A stretch of DNA of 64,000 nt from contig LBSX01000003.1 in NCBI GenBank assembly GCA_000990355.1, forward strand, positions 21,489 through 85,488. The letters are read 5' to 3'. Origin of the DNA: Candidatus Magasanikbacteria bacterium GW2011_GWC2_37_14 (GTDB taxonomy: Bacteria; Patescibacteriota; Patescibacteriia; Magasanikbacterales; UBA922). This document shows positions 56,159 to 64,000 of this stretch, one piece after another (the stretch's first letter is position 1; each line of letters opens with the position of its first letter). Below the pieces are notes generated by a model. That model made no database searches, had not been told where the DNA came from, and saw nothing but the letters and a program-made list of their open reading frames with translations. The position numbers were made by a program, and so were the translations under genes.

Positions 56159-56246
56159 GGAGAGGTGTCAGAGCGGTCTATCGTCCAGCTTTGCTAAAGC
56201 TGCAGGGGGCAACCCCTCGCGGGTTCGAATCCCGCCCTCTCCGCCA
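56159..56246 (+). tRNA. tRNA-Ser, anticodon GCT
   Basis: cagct-ttGCTaa-agctg, variable arm, gcggg-ttcgaat-cccgc, ends GCCA. Confidence 0.93.
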
Positions 56247-56407
56247 GGACAATTTAGTATCGGATAGATTCATCTAGCCGAGACTGAAGGGCGACCCTAG
56301 TGTATGATTATTCCTTTTGGTAGAATAAAAGTCGGTATAAAAAGCCGTCTTTTATTTATCCCAAACAAGTGGTACAATATATTCAATGTATTTAAATAAA
56401 TGATAAT

Positions 56408-56605
56408 ATGTCGACGATTGGTAAAAATATAAAAAATTTTAGAGAATTGAAAAAAATATCGCAGGATCGTCTTTCTAAACTTGCTGATATTTCATCTAAT
56501 ACAGTGGCGAAGCTAGAGTTAGATGATAGTACCAATCCAACTATTGATACTTTACAAAAGATAGCTGAAGCACTTGGTGTTAAGGTAGAAGATCTCATAA
56601 AATAA
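56408..56605 (+). CDS. XRE/Cro-C1 HTH regulator (possible controller protein)
   Basis: IKNFRELKKISQDRLSKLADIS...NPTIDTLQKIAEALGV. Confidence 0.9.
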   Translation: MSTIGKNIKNFRELKKISQDRLSKLADISSNTVAKLELDDSTNPTIDTLQKIAEALGVKVEDLIK

Positions 56606-56608
56606 TTT

Positions 56609-59305
56609 ATGATCAATTTAGTAACCTTACAAGAAAATCTTGAAAATCTCAGTCAAAACTTTTCTAAAGAATCGTTTATTTTTGATTTGCTTTCTGTGTA
56701 TGAGTTACCCAAAAGCACTATTTCTTTATTGTCGAAAAGTCCTTCAAAATTATCTGGCAAAGAAGATCAGATTATTTTAAAAAACAAAGTACTTTTCCAC
56801 ATAACTACCCTTGAGGAAGATGAGCATGTTGCGATTGATGCACTACAAAAAGATAAGTCTTCATACAAGTTCAACCCGCGATTTATTATCGTTACAGACT
56901 TCGTAACCTTTTTAGCAATTGATACAAAAACAAAAGAAACACTTGATATTCAAATTGAGGATCTTGGCAAGCACTACGCTTTTTTCTTGCCATGGTGTGG
57001 TATGGAAAAATCTCAGCATGTAAATGAGAACCCTGCTGATATTCGTGCCGCCTACAAAATGGATAAGTTGTATCAAGCAATTGTGAACGACAATACTGAA
57101 TACTATAAAAACAACAGCCATGATCTAAATATATTTCTTTCACGCCTTTTGTTCTGTTTCTTTGCTGAGGATACTGGAATATTCCCTAAAACAGGAATGT
57201 TTACTAACTCTGTGACATCACACACCCATGAAAATGGCAACGAAATGGGTATTTATTTTTCAACTTTTTTTGATGTTTTAAATACTAAAGATTCTGAACG
57301 ATCAAAATATGCTTCACATTTCTTAGAATTTCCATATGTAAACGGAGGTCTTTTTGAAAGTAAGATTAAATTACCTACATTTACGGCAAGTTCACGAAAA
57401 CTGATTATTGAATGTGGAAAGTTGGACTGGAGTTCAATTAACCCAGATATTTTTGGATCTATGATTCAAGCTGTTGTTCATCCTGGCCAGAGAGAGAACC
57501 TTGGGATGCACTACACATCCGTTCCAAATATAATGAAAGTTATTGAACCTCTCTTTTTAAATAATCTCTATGAGGAAGTAAAAAATTCAAAGAATGATAC
57601 TAAAAAACTTGTAAAGCTCCGTGAACGAATCGCAAAAATTAAGATATTTGACCCCGCTTGTGGATCAGGTAATTTTCTTATTATTTCTTACAAAGAATTA
57701 TGTAAATTAGAGATTGAAATAATTAGATTACTAAATTTACAAAATTCATTTGCTACACAAGAAGGTTGGAATAGTACAATGTCAGGTATTACCTTAAATA
57801 ATTTTTATGGTATAGAGATAGACGATTTTGCACATGAAATAGCAAAGCTGTCTCTATATTTAGCTCAGCATCAAATAAACATTAAATTCCAAGAAGAGTT
57901 CGGAAAACTTAAACCAACCCTTCCTCTTAAAGAGAGCGGTAGAATCGTATATGCAAATGCAACTAGAATTGACTGGGATGAGGTTTGTCTTAAGAAAGAC
58001 CGTTTTGGGAATGAATATGAAATATATATTATCGGGAACCCACCATATTTAGGTTCAAAAAATCAGGATATTGAGCAAAAAAATGATATGGCTATTACTT
58101 TTAAGGGGGTGGAAGATTATAAAAAGTTAGATTATGTTGCTTGTTGGTTTTACATTGCATCTTCGTATATTCAAAATACAAATGTACAGTATGCTTTTGT
58201 GACTACCAACTCTATTACACAAGGTGAACAAGTATCCCTACTTTGGAACCTTATTTTAAGCAGAAATCAAGAAATTTTTCTTGCGCACCAATCATTCAAA
58301 TGGACAAATAATGCTAAGGGAAATGCAGGAGTTGCTGTTGTGGTTATTGGAATTAGAAATATTAATGATTCTGAAAAGTATCTTTATAACCAGGATCACA
58401 GACAGCTAGTAAAAAACATAAGTCCATATTTAACCAATACTTCAAACATTTTTATTTTACCACGAAACAATTCTTTAGGAAATTTTCCCTTAATGATTAC
58501 AGGTAGTGGTCCTGGTGATGACGGAAATTTGATTTTAGATATAGATGAAAAAGAAAAACTGATTATACAAAATAATAAGATTGAAAGTTTCTTAAAAAAA
58601 TATATTGGAGCGCAAGAATTTATTGGTAATACATATAGATATTGTATTTATATTACACAAGAAAATGTGAGTGCGGCTTATAAAATAACTCAATTAGTAC
58701 AACGATTTGAAAAAGTAAAAGCATTCAGATTGGCAAGTAAAAAAGAAGGAACCAAAAAAAAGGCCGTTACACCACATTTTTTTGATGAAGATCGATACAG
58801 GGATGATGAATTTATTTTAGTTCCTAAGGTAGGTTCTGAAAGACGAGAATATCTCCCAATTGGGTATTTTGATGGAACATTTCTTCCTTCTAACACGACA
58901 AAAGTTATTTATAATGCTAAACCTTGGCTTTTCGGTATCTTGTCTTCTAAAATGCACATTGTTTGGGTAAGAGCAGTTGCCGGAAGGTTAAAAACAGATA
59001 TGCAATATTCAAACACACTATGCTATAACACTTTCCCATTTCCGAATGTAACAGAAAAGCAAAAAGAGTCTCTCTCAAGTCATGTGTACAATATTTTAGA
59101 AGAACGAGAGAGGTATCCAGAAAAATCAATGGCAGAACTGTATGATCCAGATAAGATGCCTAATGGTTTAAGAGAAGCTCATAGATACTTAGATCAAGCC
59201 ATAGATCAGATATACCGAGGTAAACCGTTTGAAAGTGACGATGACCGACTAGCTCACTTGTTCAAACTTTACGAAGAGATGATTATTAGAAAAAATAACG
59301 AATAA
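56609..59305 (+). CDS. YeeA/MmeI-like N6-adenine DNA methyltransferase with TRD
   Basis: FPYVNGGLF, GMHYTS, DPACGSGNF, GNPPY, TTNSITQGEQ, YNTFPFP. Confidence 0.9.
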   Translation: MINLVTLQENLENLSQNFSKESFIFDLLSVYELPKSTISLLSKSPSKLSGKEDQIILKNKVLFHITTLEEDEHVAIDALQKDKSSYKFNPRFIIVTDFVTFLAIDTKTKETLDIQIEDLGKHYAFFLPWCGMEKSQHVNENPADIRAAYKMDKLYQAIVNDNTEYYKNNSHDLNIFLSRLLFCFFAEDTGIFPKTGMFTNSVTSHTHENGNEMGIYFSTFFDVLNTKDSERSKYASHFLEFPYVNGGLFESKIKLPTFTASSRKLIIECGKLDWSSINPDIFGSMIQAVVHPGQRENLGMHYTSVPNIMKVIEPLFLNNLYEEVKNSKNDTKKLVKLRERIAKIKIFDPACGSGNFLIISYKELCKLEIEIIRLLNLQNSFATQEGWNSTMSGITLNNFYGIEIDDFAHEIAKLSLYLAQHQINIKFQEEFGKLKPTLPLKESGRIVYANATRIDWDEVCLKKDRFGNEYEIYIIGNPPYLGSKNQDIEQKNDMAITFKGVEDYKKLDYVACWFYIASSYIQNTNVQYAFVTTNSITQGEQVSLLWNLILSRNQEIFLAHQSFKWTNNAKGNAGVAVVVIGIRNINDSEKYLYNQDHRQLVKNISPYLTNTSNIFILPRNNSLGNFPLMITGSGPGDDGNLILDIDEKEKLIIQNNKIESFLKKYIGAQEFIGNTYRYCIYITQENVSAAYKITQLVQRFEKVKAFRLASKKEGTKKKAVTPHFFDEDRYRDDEFILVPKVGSERREYLPIGYFDGTFLPSNTTKVIYNAKPWLFGILSSKMHIVWVRAVAGRLKTDMQYSNTLCYNTFPFPNVTEKQKESLSSHVYNILEERERYPEKSMAELYDPDKMPNGLREAHRYLDQAIDQIYRGKPFESDDDRLAHLFKLYEEMIIRKNNE

Positions 59306-59309
59306 TTTT

Positions 59310-61247
59310 ATGAAAACCATTCAAGTCGCAGAAGCAACATACGCACAAACTGGAGAAAGTACCAAAATCAATAGTTTTGGTATGCGTGAAATGCAGGCAA
59401 AAGCATTCGAAAAAAGAACTGCGCAGTACCTCCTTTTGAAAGCTCCTCCAGCATCAGGAAAATCTCGAGCTTTAATGTTCCTTGCTTTGGACAAGCTCAC
59501 TAATCAAGGTATCAAGAAAGTAATTGTAGCTGTTCCTGAAAAATCAATCGGCGGATCTTTCAGCGAAACTAATTTAACTGATAGTGGATTTTTCGCAGAC
59601 TGGAAACCAAATGATAATTATAATCTTTGTACCCCTGGCCTTGATAATGCCAAAGGAAAGGTTGAAGCGTTTAAGAACTTTATGGAAAACAATGAGAAGA
59701 TTCTTATCTGTACCCACGCTACATTTCGTTTTGCTTGTGAACAAATTGAAGATACAAAATTTAATGACATACTCATTGCTATAGATGAATTCCACCATGT
59801 TTCTGCTGATAAAGAGAGTAGTATTTTAGGACGTGTATTGCATGGGATAATGACTAACTCAAATGCTCACGTTATTGCGATGACTGGATCATATTTCCGA
59901 GGTGACGGTGTCGCTGTTTTGTTACCAGAAGACGAGGCTAAATTTCAGAAAGTAACATATAACTATTATCAACAATTGAATGGTTACACCTATTTAAAGA
60001 CTTTGGGCATCGGATATCACTTTTATCAAGGCAGGTACACATCAGCAATCGCTGAGGTTTTGGATACGAATAAGAAAACGATTTTACATATTCCAAACGT
60101 AAATTCTGGGGAATCTACAAAAGACAAACTTAATGAGGTTGATTTGATTTTAGATATTATTGGTGAAGTAGATCATCAAGATCATGAGACTGGAGTTATT
60201 TATGTGAAGCGTGATGGTGATGGGAAAATTCTAAAAGTAGCAAACCTTGTTGATGATTCAGTAGATCGAGATAAAATTTCAAACTATCTTCGTACTATGA
60301 GAAAAGAAGATGACATGGATATTATTATTGCTCTTGGTATGGCAAAAGAAGGTTTTGACTGGCCATATTGTGAACATGCTTTAACTGTTGGTTACCGTAG
60401 TTCACTTACTGAAATTATTCAGATCATTGGTCGCTGTACTCGTGATAGTGCAAATAAGACTCATTCACAGTTTACAAACCTTATCGCACAGCCCGATGCA
60501 AAAGATGGTGAAGTTAAGGTGTCTGTAAACAATATGCTTAAAGCAATAACTTGTTCTTTGCTTATGGAGCAAGTCATGGCCCCTCACTATAACTTCAAAC
60601 CACGCTTTCCAAATGATGATACTGCATTTACTCCAGGTGAAATTAAAATAAATGGTTTTAAAGCACCAAGCACTGATCGTGTACGAGAGATTATTGAATC
60701 TGATATCAACGACCTTAAAGCTTCAATTCTTCAAGATGACCAGATGATTAAGGCATTGCCTGGAAATGTTGACCCAGAGGTAATAAACAAGGTAATGATT
60801 CCAAAGATTATTCAAATCAAATATCCTGATCTCACAGATCTTGAAGTTGAAGAAGTTCGTCAGCATGTAGTAGTTGATTCTGTAATTAAAAATGGAGAAA
60901 TAAAAGAAGTTGGAGATAAGAAATTTGTTCGTATGGCAGGTCAATTTGTTAATATTGACGATCTTAATATCGACCTTATCGACCGCATTAATCCATTTCA
61001 AGAAGCTTTTGAGATTCTTTCAAAGTCAGTTACATCAAATATTCTTAAGGTTATACAAGATACAATTGATTCATCACGAATTGAAATGACACCTGAAGAG
61101 GTTAAGATTCTATGGCCTAAAGCCAAGGAGTTCACCATACAAACGGGTCGAAAGCCCGACATTTCATCATCTGATCCTCTTGAGAAGCGTTTGGCAGAAG
61201 CCGTTCTTTATTTGAAGAAACTTAAGGCTGAACAAATTCAAAATTAA
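59310..61247 (+). CDS. YeeB-like SF2 helicase/ATPase
   Basis: GMREMQ, APPASGKSRA, DEFHH, MTGSYFRGD, QIIGRCTR. Confidence 0.88.
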   Translation: MKTIQVAEATYAQTGESTKINSFGMREMQAKAFEKRTAQYLLLKAPPASGKSRALMFLALDKLTNQGIKKVIVAVPEKSIGGSFSETNLTDSGFFADWKPNDNYNLCTPGLDNAKGKVEAFKNFMENNEKILICTHATFRFACEQIEDTKFNDILIAIDEFHHVSADKESSILGRVLHGIMTNSNAHVIAMTGSYFRGDGVAVLLPEDEAKFQKVTYNYYQQLNGYTYLKTLGIGYHFYQGRYTSAIAEVLDTNKKTILHIPNVNSGESTKDKLNEVDLILDIIGEVDHQDHETGVIYVKRDGDGKILKVANLVDDSVDRDKISNYLRTMRKEDDMDIIIALGMAKEGFDWPYCEHALTVGYRSSLTEIIQIIGRCTRDSANKTHSQFTNLIAQPDAKDGEVKVSVNNMLKAITCSLLMEQVMAPHYNFKPRFPNDDTAFTPGEIKINGFKAPSTDRVREIIESDINDLKASILQDDQMIKALPGNVDPEVINKVMIPKIIQIKYPDLTDLEVEEVRQHVVVDSVIKNGEIKEVGDKKFVRMAGQFVNIDDLNIDLIDRINPFQEAFEILSKSVTSNILKVIQDTIDSSRIEMTPEEVKILWPKAKEFTIQTGRKPDISSSDPLEKRLAEAVLYLKKLKAEQIQN

Positions 61248-61248
61248 T

Positions 61249-62403
61249 ATGGATAAAAAAGATTTACTAGATTTAATAGATGATGATGATTTAGGACTTC
61301 TTGATATAGAGAAGAAAACTGTTTCGGTTACGCCGGATGATCGATTATCAGAATCATTTATGGAAATAAATGAGTTCTTTTCATTACATAATATCGAGCC
61401 AAAAAGTGGTGGAGACATTCATGAACATAAACTAGCATCACGTCTCAAACATATTAGAGAAAACAAAGAACAAAGAGACTTTCTTAGTAAGTACGATACT
61501 CATGGTCTGTTAAAAATCGAGAATAAAGACATCGATACAGTAAATGATATTTTTGAAGACGATGATTTAGATCTTCTTTCAATTGAAGATAGTTCTGTTT
61601 TTAATATAAAGAATGTGCCAGAAATAAAACAAGATCGTTCTGATCCTGACTTTGTTGCACAGAGAAAGATTTGTGCTGATTTTGATCAGTATGAACATTT
61701 GTTCGCACAGGTTCAAAGAGATTTGAAAAATGGCACAAAAAATCTCGCGACTTTTGTAGAAAATGAAATGAAACAGGGGGATTTCTTTGTTCTTAGTGGT
61801 GTTTTAATATATCTAGAAAAAATCTATGATCCATACCGAGGTAATAGTCAAAAAATAAATAGAAGAACTCGCTGTATATATGAGAATGGTACCGAATCAA
61901 GTGTACTTTTACGTTCGCTAGGAAAGAGATTGTCTGATGTAGGTTACGCCATAAAAGATAATGTAAATGTTGTAAGTGTTGAAGATGGCGATTCAGAAAC
62001 CGGTTATATTTATGTTCTCAAGTCACTAAGTAACAATCCTAGAATTGCTAGCACAAAAAACCTTTTTAAAATTGGCTTCTCAACCACTAGTGTTGAAGAA
62101 CGTATAAAGAACGCGCAACAGGATCCTACTTATCTTATGTCCCCAGTTTCTATTGTTGCTACCTACAGATGTTTTAATATGAATCCTCAAAGATTTGAGA
62201 GATTAGTACATCGTTTCTTTGGTGATTCATGTCTAGATATTGAGATCACTGACAACAACGGAAAAAACTACAATCCAAAAGAGTGGTTTATTGCCCCAAT
62301 TAGGGTGATTGGGAATGTTATTGAATTAATTATCAAAGGAGAGATTGTTAATTACTTTTATGATAAAAACGCAGAATCAATTATAAAGATTTCTAATCCT
62401 TAA
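61249..62403 (+). CDS. YeeC-like T5orf172/GIY-YIG nuclease
   Basis: IYENGTES, GYIYVLKS, KIGFSTTSVEERIKNA, PKEWF. Confidence 0.85.
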   Translation: MDKKDLLDLIDDDDLGLLDIEKKTVSVTPDDRLSESFMEINEFFSLHNIEPKSGGDIHEHKLASRLKHIRENKEQRDFLSKYDTHGLLKIENKDIDTVNDIFEDDDLDLLSIEDSSVFNIKNVPEIKQDRSDPDFVAQRKICADFDQYEHLFAQVQRDLKNGTKNLATFVENEMKQGDFFVLSGVLIYLEKIYDPYRGNSQKINRRTRCIYENGTESSVLLRSLGKRLSDVGYAIKDNVNVVSVEDGDSETGYIYVLKSLSNNPRIASTKNLFKIGFSTTSVEERIKNAQQDPTYLMSPVSIVATYRCFNMNPQRFERLVHRFFGDSCLDIEITDNNGKNYNPKEWFIAPIRVIGNVIELIIKGEIVNYFYDKNAESIIKISNP

Positions 62404-63718
62404 GTAGTGTTAATATTTTATCTTTATAAACAATTCTTGATCTCAAATTTCCAAGCAGTTCTCTCTTCTCGCTAACCGATCCCTCCTTTAAAATATACTT
62501 AGCATAGTTCCGTATATCTGTGTCTTCTCTATTCTTCATTTTATCAGTACTACCAAGTACTGACCTTTGAAATATATTAAATCTGGCAATTTCATTTTCT
62601 AGCTTTTGTCGCATTCCAAGTTCGTTAATATTTACTTTATCCAATATCTTTAATAGCTCAATTATTAAATCTTCCTCTCGTATATACTTATTTTTACAAT
62701 TTCTGTCTCTCGCTCTTGAACATGAATAGTAAATATATCTTGCATGTGTGCCATCTTTTAATTGTTTATATTTTTCTTCAGCAGAAATTCCACTGCCACA
62801 ATACCCACAGGTAAATAACTTAGTAAATGAGAACTCGTGATTTTCTCGAACTATCTGGTCTCTTTTTAATTGGGCTCTAGCTTTTTCAAATAATTCTTGG
62901 GTTATTAGTGGTTCATGTTTTCCTGTATACCAATTTCCACTTCCTCTTGGACTTTCAAATACTCCATAATAAAAACTGTTATTAATTATTCTATATACCC
63001 CAGCCAATGTCAGCGGTTTATTGCCACGAGTATAAAAATTTAGTTCATGCTTTAGCCAATTATATATTTTTCTGCCCGAATAATGTTCATTAGCAACTTT
63101 TTCAAACATTTTTTTAATTGCTGGAGCACGCAGTGGATCAACTATCACTTGGCATTTCTTATCCATTAGTTTTTGATTTAGATATCCAAGTGGTGCCACA
63201 CCTGGCCACAATCCCATTTCTACTCTAGTTCTTAAACCTCGTTTTACATTTATTCCTCTATTATCATTTTCAAGTTTGGCTTGCGATCCCAATATCATCA
63301 ACAGGAACTTTTCGTTTGGATTATTACCAAATCTCTGTCCGAACGTCCTTATTTCTACAAGAGCGCCCGAATCCATTAAATCTACTATTTTCCCTAAGTC
63401 CCCAGCATTTCTGGAAATTCTGTCTGGTGCCCAAGTCAAAATACCATTGAATTTACCTTGTTTTAATTCCTCTATGATTTCATTGAAAATTGGCCTTTGA
63501 CCAGTTTCTTTGGCCGAGTGGGATTCTCTTTTCATTGTAACCACATCTAAATTCTCCTTTTCTGCCAGCTGAAGCATCTCCTTAATTTGGCTATCTATGG
63601 AGAGAACCTGCCTTTCCTCTGATTCTGTTGATTTTCTTGCGTAAAGGCAGTATTTTACCTTAATTTGGGTCGTTATTTTGCCCGTAGACCCCGTGGGCAT
63701 TAGTGCGATATTCATCAT
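62393..63718 (-). CDS. Large serine recombinase
   Basis: LYARKSTE, DRISRN, recombinase domain, zinc ribbon CGYCG..YYSC. Confidence 0.92.
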   Translation of the reverse strand: MMNIALMPTGSTGKITTQIKVKYCLYARKSTESEERQVLSIDSQIKEMLQLAEKENLDVVTMKRESHSAKETGQRPIFNEIIEELKQGKFNGILTWAPDRISRNAGDLGKIVDLMDSGALVEIRTFGQRFGNNPNEKFLLMILGSQAKLENDNRGINVKRGLRTRVEMGLWPGVAPLGYLNQKLMDKKCQVIVDPLRAPAIKKMFEKVANEHYSGRKIYNWLKHELNFYTRGNKPLTLAGVYRIINNSFYYGVFESPRGSGNWYTGKHEPLITQELFEKARAQLKRDQIVRENHEFSFTKLFTCGYCGSGISAEEKYKQLKDGTHARYIYYSCSRARDRNCKNKYIREEDLIIELLKILDKVNINELGMRQKLENEIARFNIFQRSVLGSTDKMKNREDTDIRNYAKYILKEGSVSEKRELLGNLRSRIVYKDKILTLLKD

Positions 63719-63854
63719 ATACCTAATTAATGACGCTAACTCCCGAAGGAGTCCAGAGCGTCCCGAGTCCTAGCTGTTGGTAACTTTTACAAGCTTTACA
63801 TTTATAGTTAAAGTGGTAAAATCAGTGTATTATTAAGAGTTTTATAATAAAAGT

Positions 63855-64000
63855 ATGCCGCATCTCATCCCGATTGAATTGATTGAAAAAATATCAAAAG
63901 GTCCTTCTGACACAAAAATAGAAAGTGTTTCAAATTTACAAAATTACATCCAAGATCTTCTGGGTGATAGTCATCACACTTTTTTGCAAGGTTCTTATAG
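63855..64000 (+). CDS. Nucleotidyltransferase, probable CD-NTase (partial; runs off the window)
   Basis: Hand translation MPHLIPIELIEKISKGPSDTKIESVSNLQNYIQDLLGDSHHTFLQGSY; QGSY motif. Confidence 0.5.
   Translation, partial: MPHLIPIELIEKISKGPSDTKIESVSNLQNYIQDLLGDSHHTFLQGSY

Overview
AT-rich, almost entirely + strand window from what looks like a Patescibacteria (CPR/Parcubacteria-like) chromosome. This assignment is inferred from SD-less AT-rich gene starts, giant Ser/Thr-rich surface proteins and a CPR-type VirB4/VirB6/PrgI cluster. The window holds housekeeping genes (nusA, yidC, prfB, Sua5/TsaC, rsmA, comF), two giant exported proteins (3962 and 2915 aa), a T4SS-like cluster and two tandem tRNA-Ser genes, one with the very rare anticodon ACT. 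Next to the tRNAs is a defence island: YeeABC-like MTase/helicase/nuclease, a serine recombinase and the start of a probable CD-NTase. The most striking signal is a set of small repeat families. (1) A four-helix-bundle (23S-IVP/bAvd-like) gene lies inside an inverted heptamer-repeat frame, and three gene-less copies of that frame exist, two keeping only ATG-4nt-TGA. (2) A RAYT/TnpA gene and a DUF559 gene each sit in their own palindromic frame. (3) At least five palindrome families are inserted in frame inside conserved genes (rsmA, sua5, prfB, nusA, an O-antigen ligase). There are also GC-rich, SD-led orphan gene cassettes sharing a covarying 3' RNA structure, and a promoter-to-terminator hairpin ncRNA candidate. 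All calls come from reading the sequence; no searches were run.
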